Positions 1-10,900 of a DNA stretch of 64,000 nt are shown here, one piece after another (the stretch's first letter is position 1; the number at the start of each line of letters is the position of its first letter). The position numbers and the translations under genes are program-made. Under the pieces are notes generated by a model. That model made no database searches, was not told the DNA's origin, and saw only the letters and a program-made list of their open reading frames with translations. Source of the stretch: Sphaerodactylus townsendi (taxonomy: Eukaryota); NCBI RefSeq assembly GCF_021028975.2, contig NC_059440.1, forward strand, positions 31,124,001 through 31,188,000. The letters run 5' to 3'.

Positions 1-559
1 GCAAGTCCGGGTCAGTCAGTCCTTTGCTGTTGGCAGCCAATGGACGCAGCAGCACGCAGGTGGGACTACTCGTGCTCCGGGATCGGGGCCGTAACGGGGA
101 TCCAGCCCCCTTCATCTGTGGCATATGCGGGGGACTGTGTGTGTGTGTGTGGGGGGGGGGGTAGAAAGAGACACGCGGGGCGCGGTCTGCACCGTTCCCA
201 CGTGGCAGCGTGTCCAGATCTCATAATAGTTTTGCGCAGGACATTAAAACTTTTTAATTTTGTTTGCAACGGGGGGGGGGGGGATGGCTGAGTGTCGCTT
301 TAGCAGCTCTTACATCCATGCAAGTCTGCATTCAATCCCTGCCCCCTTCCCTCCAGCTTTGCATGGGGTCAACAAGGGAGTGTGTGGGGAGAGGTCTTTC
401 CCCCCCACCCAAAAGACCCCATCCCCAAATGCAATCTGCCAATCCCAGCACCCATCTCACTTCATTTCCCTTTCTTTAGTCCTACCCCCTCCGGTTCCTT
501 CCTGAAATGTTGGACAGGGAAGCGGAGCCCGAGGGGTCTCCTTTTATTTGGGAGGGGGT

Positions 560-900
560 CGGCCAAGAGCCCCCCTCCCCGCCCCTCCAAGTCCACTGCT
601 CCGACTCTCTCCCCCCGACTCCTCTTACCTCTTCGCCTTCCCCACGTGACGAAACCCCGCCTGGCTTTTGTTGCGGGAGGGAAGAGCCGCGTCGGGCCCC
701 CGACTCTTCCCCGCCTGCCCTTGACCCTCGGCCGGCTTAGCACTCACTCCAGCCCGAGGCTTGGAAGTACCGGCTAGGCCTGCTGCGCACTAACAGCCCT
801 AGGAGGGGTTATCCCGGAACGAGAGTTACGAAGAGAGATGGCGTAAGCGAGAGAAAGGGAAGGGAGCTCTACGCAAACTGCGTAGCCTCGCCCAGACTGG
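560..900 (-). promoter_or_regulatory. CpG-rich promoter/first exon(s) of a gene transcribed leftwards out of the window (possibly TMCO4, the gene downstream of RNF186 in human)
   Basis: CpG-dense; YY1-like AGATGGCG at 836-843, E-box CACGTGAC at 643-650; minus-strand donors GGA|GTGAGT (exon end 748) and GAG|GTAAGA (exon end 629); candidate acceptor at 135-136 with ATG at 124 open to the window edge. Gene identity is inferred from synteny only. Confidence 0.5.
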
Positions 901-3709
901 TTGCCTCTCGCTCCACCCAGGGCAGGGCATGGAAAGCCCAGGAGTTTATAGGGTTGCCAACCCCTGCCGGGGTCTGGACTTCTGCAGGAATTGCAACTGG
1001 TCTCTAGGCTACAATGGTCCTTCCCCTGGAGGAAATGTCACCCTGTTTGGCACCACATTCCCGCTGATCTCCCTGCCTTCCCCCAAGGTCTGATCCAAAA
1101 CTCCAGGAATTGAGTTGGCAACCCTCTTCTAACATTTGTGTCTCGCTCAGGGCAGGGATGGCAGCATCTGCACCCTCAGCAGAAGTCTAGAGAAAAATCT
1201 TTCTCTGCTGCTGTGTTTCTTTGGAGCCGCTAGGCAGAAATGCAACAGGTTTTGCTGCACAAGTGCTCTGCTGAATGTTTCTCTGAGCTGTGGTTTCTGT
1301 GCTTTGCCCTCCACCTTGGTCAATCAGGGCTGGAGTCTTTAACAGACATACTGCATGCAAAAGAAGATCGCCCTTCCAGTCCCATTCCCATTCTGCAAAT
1401 CTTGCATTTGTGTGAAGTTTCCAAGCGGAAGCGTGACCTGTGTTCGAGATGCAGGGATTGAGTTAAGAAAATGGGCAGACAGTCCTAGGATCACCTGAGA
1501 GCTTCATGGCTAAGTGGAGATCTGAACCCAGATCTCCCGCGATCTTGTCCAACATTCTCACTATAACTACCCTAGTTGTCTGTCACATCAGCAGTCCAGT
1601 AAAAGTAGTGGCTTTTTAACGGATCATCCTATAGATGAAAAAACGTCAGCCGACTGCTGGACTGTCTAGCCCAATAGTTTCTTCTTTGCAGGACAGCAGC
1701 TCTCCCAAGATCTGCCAGCCAAGAATGTTTTAAATGGATATTTTCTGGGTTTGGAAAGTGTTTTGCTGACGCATCAATGCAAACTGCGCTAAATGAGCAC
1801 CTGTGGGCACCTGTCCCATTGTTCCTCCCCTCCCCGTCTGTCCATCATTACCTGATAACTGACAGTCTTTCCCTGCCCCTTTCTGCCCACACTTTCTGCT
1901 TTTAGCCAGCTTTTTCTTGCCAAAGATCTCTGCTTCCTTCTTCCTCACGTCTGTTTCAGCTCTCACTCCAGTCCTTGGCTATGAAGCATAGCCCTCCTGC
2001 ATTGGACCAAGGGGCTGAGCCGGTTCTTCCAGAAGGCCTGCAAGCAGGCCAAAGGCTCTGCTTGTCGCTGTAGGTTGGTGTTCCGAGGTACCTGTCCTCT
2101 GAGCATGAACAGACAGGAGCCACAAGGCACCTCATCAGTGCCTGCTTGGTCAGGTGAAATAAATGGGTTCCCTCAGGGCTTTCCTTTCATGCAGGACATT
2201 TCTAAAAAGGGAGAAGAGGTCTTGAAAAACAGATGATATGTAATTGTATAACATCAATCAAAAAAAGAGAAAAACTACTAAGCGCCTGTACTGGGTGGGA
2301 TGTCCAACTAGCTCAGTTTAGCGTAGAACAGAGTGAAATGCAAATGGATGAAGTTAAAATGTAACTCAGAAAAATATGGGAGTGTTAACTAATTATGCCA
2401 AACTAGTTTCAGAGGGTCGTCTCACTGGTCCACACTGGAAGAACGAAATTCGAGTCCAGCGGAATTTGGGGGTATCAACTTTAATCCCTCCCCCCAATCA
2501 AAGTTTCAAAGTAAAATTCTGGCCATGTCTCTGAGGAGCAGCACTTTTTCCATTGCTTTCTATCTGTGTTAATTTCTTCTCAAGCCTGGGTGGGGGGGAG
2601 GGGGCGTTGGTCCAGTAGAGGAGCATCCCTGGAATCTCCAACTAAAATAATTTTAAGGAGCATCCCTGGTCCTTTTTAAGGCCCTTCCTCTCAACATGTA
2701 GTTTAGTCCCAAAGTGAAGACATGGGGTGGGTATCCCGTTGGCAGATGAACTGGGACGGGGCCTCAAGACAAGCCTCGGGGCGGGGAATAGGGGTGAGAA
2801 AGAGTCCCTTTGGAGGGACTTAAAATGTCTTAAATGAAGGAAAGCACGCAATTCATATTGGGACAAAGAAGGGGAAAAAACAGGAATTGGGAGCAAGTTG
2901 AGAGGACAAAGTGAACACACCCTCCATGTGGGGATGGGGAAATGTATCAAAACAGCATAGGAGAGTTTCCTACTTCCCAAGGCACTCAGGGTAATAAGGC
3001 TTCCCCCCCCCCCCCATGGCAAAATGAGGTTGCCAACAGACCACAGGAAACCAGTCAGGCCTGCTCTTAAGCCTGTAGTAGCAGCCTCATCTGCAACCAT
3101 CTTACAGTGGACGCTCTCCACAATGTGAAGATAAGCCTTTTTGTATGCTAATAGCTGCACATCACAGTGCTGTTAAAGGCACAGAAGTAAAAGATGGCAA
3201 AAAAGTTGGCAAACCTACCTTCATAGAAAGTGTTTTCTGGCCTATTCTTGAAAGCCATTATTTGCACACACCCTAATGATAGTTCAAAGCTCTGTTCATA
3301 AACTTCACCTGTTGGTTTCTGTTCTTAGGGATGCAAATGAACAGATAACTTTTTGGCCATCAGCTTCACCAAATCCTCATTTAAAAGGCAAGTGCTTAGA
3401 CAGAACAAGGAGCCCTCAACAGGCACGGCAAGAAAACAGGCAGATGTTCCAAGACAATAATCTTTATATAGATGCGTTATATCAAAACCTGTTAAATATA
3501 CACACTGTTCTGCAGAGGAACAATTTGACAACACTGGGTTTCATTTCCCAGTTGCTGGGAATCCTGAGTTGTGTTCGGTTTTGGTCTTAATGTGAATTGT
3601 GGTTCTCTGCAATCTCCACGAAAACATATACAGAAGTACAAGTTTCCTGGGTCAAATTATTCCTGAAAAGCCACCAGCAACCTGTCCTTATAGCCAATCA
3701 AGTAAAGAG

Positions 3710-3915
3710 GGTTGGATGGCCCAGGCCAGATCTCAGAAGCTAAGCAGGGTCGGTCCCGGTTAGTCCTTGGGTGGGAGACCACCAAGGAAGTCCAAGGTCG
3801 CGAGGCAGAGGCAGACAATAGCACATTGTCTCTTGTCTTGGAAACCCTGTGCGGGTCACCATAAGTTGGCTGCATCAAGATGGTTCTTCCTACACCATTT
3901 TTGCCATTCCACATC
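3710..3915 (+). mobile_element. 5S rRNA-derived SINE
   Basis: GATCTCAGAAGCTAAGCAGGGTCGG...GGTTAGT...GGGAGACCACC matches the 5S internal promoter region, followed by a non-5S body; related copies at ~37515-37660 and ~63440-63640. Confidence 0.7.
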
Positions 3916-4279
3916 CGCCACAGAAGAGCGTGTGGGGTATCTATTGCTTGTGAAGTGGCCTCAAGTGTGCAGTCTTTGAGGTGTGCCTGAGGCCAATGTA
4001 TCTGGGGCTTGTGTCAGCGAGATGGATTGCTAAGCCCTCCCTCCCACCTTCACCCCTACTCTTGTGGTTGGCCCCCCTATCTGGCTGATCAGGGCACTGA
4101 GCTGAAGATCAGGGAGCCTCATCAGGCCCTCCAGCCATCCCCTGGGGTCTCAGAGACAAGGAGTTCACCCCCCCCCCAGTTGCTTCGTTTCCAGTACTAT
4201 CCGTGGCTCACTCCAAGGAGACCCAGCCTTTGCGAACCCTCCCCTGCACATCTCTTGTGGTCAAAAGGCTCAGGTCTTT

Positions 4280-5170
4280 TCAGGCGACAGACGCAACGTG
4301 GCGCTCCTTTTTCCTCCAAGGTGGCAACGAGCAATCCGAGCAATTCCAGCGAGGGTTGCAGCAAAGAACCCCCGACACGATGAGCCCCAAGGCCACCACG
4401 CCACACAACGCCCACTGCAGCATCCCCGTGTACATGAAAGGGAGAATGAGCAGCAGCAGCAAAGTCACCAGAAGCAACAGCAGCATCAGTCTCTTGCTGG
4501 CCGCCTGGTTGCGCTGCGGTTCTCGGTTTTCGGAGCTGGACCGGCGGTTTGCTTGCATCATGCCCGGAGGGTGCGGGGGGCACGGCACCTCGGCCTCCGG
4601 GTCAGGGCTCTCCAGCCGGCCCAAGATGTCCTCTTTGTCCCGGAGGCTGCAGATAAGGCCGCCGAAGACGACGGTGGACTTTCGGCAGAGAGGGCAGGCG
4701 ATGATCCAGGTGTGGTCCTCGTTCTTCAAGATGAGCTTCAAGCAGACAGCGCAGAAGGCGTGGTGGCAGGCCAGAAGTTTGGGCAGCCGGGAAGCACTGT
4801 ACCGGTTGAAGCAGATGAGGCAGTCCATTTCAGCGATCGAGGCTTTGGGGGTACGCTGGGAGTGCAGCTCGGGGGCCGGTGATTGGGAAGACTGTGGGGT
4901 CCCGACGGTCACCAAAGTCTGCGGTTCCAAGTATGTTGAGCGCTCCATTCCTGGTGGCTGAGAAGCCGCTACAGCTGGGCGTTCGGTGGCAATAGGACAA
5001 CACGAGGCTGCAGCCTCCTCAATGGTACCAGCTTCCAGACCTCCGGCCCTGTTTGGAGCTGGCTCCTCGGAAGCCTTGGACTGTGCAGCATCCTTCTCGG
5101 CACCTCCTGGCTCCTCCGCCTCCCCTCTGACTTCGTTTTCAATGCTCAGATTGTCCGCGGGAGCTTCCAT
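4280..5170 (-). CDS. RNF186: E3 ubiquitin ligase RNF186 (RING-HC plus two C-terminal TM helices), single coding exon, 296 aa from the first ATG
   Basis: CLICFNRYSASRLPKLLACHHAFCAVCLKLIL...CPLCRKSTVVFGGLICSLRD matches the RNF186 RING region; two hydrophobic helices; C-terminus HVASVA resembles human HISSIA. The ORF track start at 5206 is a TTG; the first ATG is at 5170. Confidence 0.93.
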   Translation of the reverse strand: MEAPADNLSIENEVRGEAEEPGGAEKDAAQSKASEEPAPNRAGGLEAGTIEEAAASCCPIATERPAVAASQPPGMERSTYLEPQTLVTVGTPQSSQSPAPELHSQRTPKASIAEMDCLICFNRYSASRLPKLLACHHAFCAVCLKLILKNEDHTWIIACPLCRKSTVVFGGLICSLRDKEDILGRLESPDPEAEVPCPPHPPGMMQANRRSSSENREPQRNQAASKRLMLLLLLVTLLLLLILPFMYTGMLQWALCGVVALGLIVSGVLCCNPRWNCSDCSLPPWRKKERHVASVA

Positions 5171-5243
5171 GGAGAAAGCCGCTGCTGCTTCAGTGACGTG
5201 GGTCAACCTTTTGCGAACTGCTCTGGCTCGTTTGACCGCTCTT

Positions 5244-5450
5244 CTTATAAAGGGGCTTTGTTCCCAAGACGAAGACCCAGCCCTGGGTTTGGTCTCAAAC
5301 AGCCGGGCCGCTGGGAAGGCGATGACATCTGGAAGTGGGGTTAATCAGTAACCCCAACGGCCACGGTGCTTTTATGGTGCCTGATAACATTGCAGGCCGG
5401 GTAATTCCCGTCCCAGAGAGCAAACCTTCCTTTAGCGTTAATAAACAAAT
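5244..5450 (-). promoter_or_regulatory. RNF186 proximal promoter with TATA-like and gut-epithelial TF motifs
   Basis: TATAAG (minus, 5244-5249); HNF4-like GGGAACAAAGCCCC (~5251-5265); HNF1-like GGTTAATCAGTAACC 5339-5353; CDX TTTATGG 5371-5377; GATA CTGATAA 5381-5387; FOX TAAACAAA ~5442-5449. Confidence 0.55.
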
Positions 5451-6064
5451 CCTAATAACTCTAAGATTGCCGGGCAAGGAGGGATCGCTTTAAATAGCTC
5501 CATGCAACCTGGAAACAGTCCCGGAGGCTGAGTTTGAAGGAGAACTAGCCCCCCAACTCCAACAGCAGACTGAAAATTCAATACAGATTCAACATTTGGC
5601 AAAAATCAAATGACAGTGGAGGAGAGACAATGTGGAACCCCCCCCCCCCGGATTGTCCCCTCCAGACTTTTATGAACTCTCAGCAACCTGAAACAGACAT
5701 TTCTCTGCTCCCTTTCCCTCCTTTAATTGATCCTCAGCTGCTCTCAACATTTCTGCCCCTTTTAAACATGTTCAGTCCTCATCAGGTGTTTCGAGGGTCT
5801 TTTCAATTGACTGCATCACATTTTTCTGCACACCTGGACAGCCCCCTGCGTAAGTAGAGATCCCACAAGGCACCGCTTCTGTTGTTCACACAGAGGCCAG
5901 GAAGCCTAAGATTTAATTTCTAAAATGTCACATTTTTTGACACTCAATTTGCTGTGGTGTTATGAAAAATCTTATCGAGGAATTTAGCATCATCTCTGGG
6001 CACTGTCAGAAACACCTGTTTTGTGTGTGTGTATGTGTGTTCTGTTTCTTGAAACACCTGTCCG

Positions 6065-6593
6065 CAGTGGTGGAATTTAGCCGGTTCACACCAGTTCAGT
6101 AGAGAAGAGAGAAGAGTTTTGGATTTATATCCCCCCTTTCTCTCCTGTAGGAGACTCAAAGGGGCTTACAATCTCCTTGCCCTTCCCTCCTCACAACAAG
6201 CACCCTGTGAGGTAGGTGGGGCTGAGAGAGCTCCGAGAAGCTGTGACTAGCCCAAGGTCACCCAGCTGGCGTGTGTGGGAGTGCACAGGATAATCTGAAT
6301 TCCCCAGATAAGCCTCCACAGCTCAGGCGGCAGAGCGGGGAATCAAACCCGGTTCCTCCAGATCAGAGAGAGTGCACAGAGTAGAACCAGTAGCTAATTT
6401 TTTGCCTAGTTCAGCGAACCGGTTGTAATCCCATCACTATGCCCCCGTGCTTCCTTCACAGCCCACTTCAGCCAGGGGGCCACAGCAGCTGGGGGCGGGG
6501 CGGAGCAGCCAGTGGGCCCACGGCTTGGCGCCAGTTGCTGCCGTCCCCAGCTCAACCGGAATCGGTTGTTAAGTTATTTGAATCCCACCACTG
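6065..6593. mobile_element. non-autonomous hAT DNA transposon with a nested Squam3-like SINE (~6105-6366)
   Basis: TIRs CAGTGGTGG...CCACCACTG; perfect 8-bp TSD CCTGTCCG on both sides. Confidence 0.85.
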
Positions 6594-6701
6594 CCTGTCC
6601 GACAGAATTCATATTTAAGAACAGAAGAAGAGCGCCCATGGATTGGAGCAGTGATCCCTATGGGACAGCATCCAGGTTCTCACGCAGGCCAAAGCCTCCT
6701 G

Positions 6702-6985
6702 TGAGCCAGCATGGTATAGCAGTTAAGAGTGGTGGACTCTGATCTGGAGAGTCGGGTTTGCTTCGCTACTCCTCCACGGGAGTGGTGGACTCTTATCTGG
6801 TGAGCTGGATTTGTTTCCCCGCTCCTCCATGTGAAGCCTACTGGGTGACCTTGGGCCAGTCACAGTTCTCACTCAGTACTGTCTACCTCACAAAGTGTCC
6901 ATTGTTGGGAGGATGATTGTAAGCCACTTTGAGACTTTTTAAAGGTCAAGAAAGGCAGAATAGAAATCCAAACTCTCTTTCCTTC
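6702..6985 (+). mobile_element. tRNA-derived CORE-SINE (Squam3-like)
   Basis: tRNA-like head, GGTGACCTTGGGCCAGTCAC core, AAATCCAAACTCT tail. Confidence 0.75.
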
Positions 6986-7115
6986 TGATGCTACCCCCAG
7001 CAGTTTGCCTTCAAAGGTAGACTTCCTCTGAGCATGGAGGGTGTATTTAACTGTCACTATGAATGGCCACGCCATACCTTTGCCCAATCCTCTAAAGCCA
7101 CCCAAGCATTTATCA

Positions 7116-7475
7116 CACCGGTGGCGAACCTATGGCAGGGGTGCCAGAGGTGGCACTCAGTGGGGGGTGGAAAATCACCCCCCCACATACACACCTAGGC
7201 TAGCCTGAGCACGATCCTTTACCTGGGAGTAAGCTCGGTTGCTGGCAATGGGGCTTGCTTCTGAGTAAACCCTCCTAGGGTCGTGATTCACCCATTCGAA
7301 GCGTTGCATGGTTGCTTCACCAAGCTTATTCCTGAGTGCGCCTCGGAGCAAACTTTTTTTTCTAAACTAAAACCTCAGTATTCGGGTTAAATTGCCATGT
7401 TGGCACTTTGTGATAAATAAGTGGGTTTTGGGTTGCAACTTGGGCACTCAGTCTTGAAAAGGTTCGCCATCACTG
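7116..7475 (+). mobile_element. non-autonomous hAT element (CAGTGATGGCGAACC TIR family)
   Basis: Terminal GGCGAACC...GGTTCGCCATCACTG; degenerate 8-bp TSD; same family as 28577-29050 and 33437-33921. Confidence 0.75.
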
Positions 7476-7982
7476 GTTTACCACATTCCATGTCTTATGT
7501 GTTCCGTACATTAATGATTTCTTCAGTTTGCTTGTCTTAAATCTACTAGGGAAAGGAGAAAAAGCACAGACAATCCACTTTCTGCACAAAATGTTATACT
7601 ACTTTATCATGTTTCCTTTGGGAATTAAAAAAAATCAAATTAAAGCTTGAAAATATATTCAAATATAAAGAAGATTCTGTATATCTGAGCTTTGGCAAGC
7701 CATTATGCTTTAAAACTCCTCCCTAAAGATATGTTTACTTCTGTTTTTTGTGGGTAATTCAGACTTCCAAGTCAGCCATGGAAATACCCAAACAAAAACA
7801 CTTCCCCATAAAACAATAAAGAGAATTGTCCTCAAACAATGTCCCAGTTCTCAGTGTGGAGCGAGTGCAGCCAGTCTCCCTCAGCCACAGCACCTCACAG
7901 GGTTGTTGTGAAGGCAAACCCCCCCCCCCCAAGTTTGCCTATTAAAAGAATCGTCAACACTATTGGCAGTTAGCAACTCTGC

Positions 7983-10900
7983 TCAGCTGGCCCCTCCAGA
8001 ACTTTCCTCCTGGATCCCCAATGGCTTCTCATTGGCCAGGATGGAACGGGGGAACTCCCACTCTTCCTCTACAGGAGTTGTGATGTCACTTCCTGGAGAG
8101 AATTCCGTTTCTTGTTCGGGATAGTGCATGTCCGCTTCCACTTCCTTCCCTTCTTCTTGGACACCGCAGATTCCTTCTTCCCCTCTAGCCGAGCTGGTCT
8201 TGCCAGCGGGCAGTTCCGAAACAGACCCCACAATCACTGTGTCGGCTCTCATGATGTATATTTTTTCTGGGGAGGAAGAAGCACACCACGGATAATTCAG
8301 TTCTGCAGTCCGGGTAAATTATGCAAATGGATCGACCTGCACCCAGTTCTGCAGGATTCATTCTGCATAGCAAAGAACTGGCAGAACGCCCAGTGCAAAT
8401 AACTCCCAAAGGAAGGCTGGTGAATTTTGGGTGGGTGTGGGGAACCACTACAGGACTCTTGTGTCCTCTTCTGTGTGCGCAGGTCTTTCTTTTAGCCTGA
8501 ATGCTATGCTACAGTTTGGGGTGTCCATTTCTGAACACGCACAGAGCCCGTTTCTTCGCACCAGTGATGGAAGCACAGGTCCACCCTTCTCCCAGCAGGC
8601 CGTAGACTCACCGATACAGTTGCTGGTATGGCTCCTTACTACAGGTTCCACAAGCCCTCCACCGTCCACCTGAAGCAACTTGGCCTCTTCGGGGTCAAGG
8701 CTGGAAGTTTCTTCCATTTCCAAGGGGCAGCCACTGGAGGTTTCTGAGAGGGATTCCGGGTGCAGCTCTGCCTCTTCTGGGCCTTTCTCAGCTCCAACCT
8801 CGAGGATACAGAAAAACAGCGGAGCAACTGGTGATGGAATCTGCCTCTGTGCAAAAGTGTCTTAACAGTGCAAACCTGAGCAGAGATGCATCCTTCTAAG
8901 CCTGTTGATTTACTCTGGCCTAAGAAGATTACAACGGTGTTTAGGATTGCCAGCATGGTGTAGTGGTTAAGAGCAGGTGGATTCTAATCTGGAGAACCGG
9001 GTTTGATCCCCCACTCCTCCATCTAATTGGCAGAGGCTTATCTGGTAAACCAGATGTGTTTCCGCACTCCTACATTCCTACTGGGTGACCATGGGCTAGT
9101 CACAGTTCTTCGGAACCCTCTCGGCCCCACCTACCTCACAAGTTGTCTGTTGTGAGGAGAGGAAGGGAAAGGAGTTTGTAAGCCACCTTGAGTCTCCTTA
9201 TAGGAGGCGAGGGGGATATAAATCCAAACTCTTCTTCTTCACTGTACATAGCCTTAAATGCCACTGCAGTTAAATGACTATCAGTACAGTGGTGGAGAGT
9301 TCCATAAGTTAATGACAGCATGTTTGAAGAAACAGAGCCTCCTCCTCTGCTAGTGCCTCCTCCCCCAGTTTGTTCACAGGCTGCTTCTAAGTGCCTGGTT
9401 CCTCCAGACTCTCTGGACTCAGCAAGCTATTCCCTCTACCACCAACTTACATTCCTACATTTTGGCCATCCCTGCACCCCATTCTGTTTTCTCAAATTTG
9501 TCCCAGTTTGCTGAGTTTGTAATTCATAGCTGAAAAGAACATATTTTAACTTGTCCCTTTGAGATGAGTTTTTAGAGCAGAGTTTATACTTACGGTCCAA
9601 ATCTTGGTCTGTTTGGATGCTGCAATAGACAAAAAAAGTAAAAATGATTCTGTTCACTGATGCTTTTTTTCTACCTCATACCTCTAATGTCAAATGTGAC
9701 TCCAGAGTCTGTGGGGCAGGTATAGAAAGGGGGGAGGATTCTACAAACCTGGAGGGGATCCCCAAACTTATGGGGAGATCCTAAAACTAAAAATAGAAAA
9801 GGTTCAAGACGAAACAGGGAAGTGGTGTGTGCACAAATGGACATCAGAACCCAAACGGAAAAATGCTGAACAAGATCTAGCAACTTCATGGGATCTCAGT
9901 GCTGACCTCACTAGCTGTGGACTGGATTATCAGCGAGGAGGAAGACATTCCCAGTCGGACCCCTAGACCCAAGGGGCAGGCAGGTAGATTTTGAGCCAGG
10001 CACTTTGTAGCTGATCCTTTCGGAACTAGGTCAACGGACTTGATGGAGCCGTGGGAGAGGCAAGTAGTCCTACTTCAGTTTCTTTTTGCATCCATTTGTG
10101 GGTTTTGTCAATTGTTTTGGCTGTTTTTCACTGTTGGTTTTTCACTGTTGGTTTTTCACTGTTGGTTTTTCACTGTTGGTTTTATAAGACTATACAAAAG
10201 GTCCATTTGCAATTTTATGTACATAAGTTGTGCATAATGTTTTAATGCTGCTTGATTGGTCAGGAAAGGTTAGAAATTGAAATAAATAATGCCTGAAGAA
10301 CACAGATGTTCAAGGTGAAAATTTAGAGGGAAGACATAAGAAAAGATGTGAAAATAATTGCAAGCAGCAACAAACATTCAGAATCTTCCCCGCTAAAGAT
10401 GCCGGCCACAAATGCAGGCGAAACATCAGTAGAAAATGCTACTAGAACATGGCCATACAGCCCAGAAAATCCACAACACCACAGTTTCAACATGGTACCA
10501 CTTTAAATAAATGGGAGCAAAAGGTTTGAATTTGAAATGCCAGCCACAGATGCCAGCCACAGATGCAGGCGAAACGTCAGGAGAAAATGCTACTAGAACA
10601 TGGTCAGATAATCCACAACACCCCAGTGATTCCGGGTGTGAAAGCCTTCGACAAAATATGTTGAAACTACTGATACAGAAGGGAAGGGTGACCCCTACCG
10701 GCATCCGAAAATTGCTCAGTTTATTTAAATACTCGTTTCTGGTGGCACCTTGAAGACTAAATAGATTTGAAGATTTGAGAGAAGGGATTTTGTGGGTGTC
10801 CAGTTTCTATAAAGAGGAGTTCTAGCCCTTGAATTAATATGAACCTTAAATGATAAATTAATATAAATGTTAAATTAAGATCCTTTTTGGGCAGCCTGCG

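Noticed and set aside
3710-3800. 5S rRNA gene
   Set aside because: Diverged, partial and fused to a non-5S body; a SINE head.
4203-4961. 252-aa and 194-aa plus-strand ORFs
   Set aside because: Antisense shadows of the GC-rich RNF186 CDS with no recognisable domain.
10125-10182. CRISPR-like repeat array
   Set aside because: No spacers; a simple minisatellite in eukaryotic DNA.
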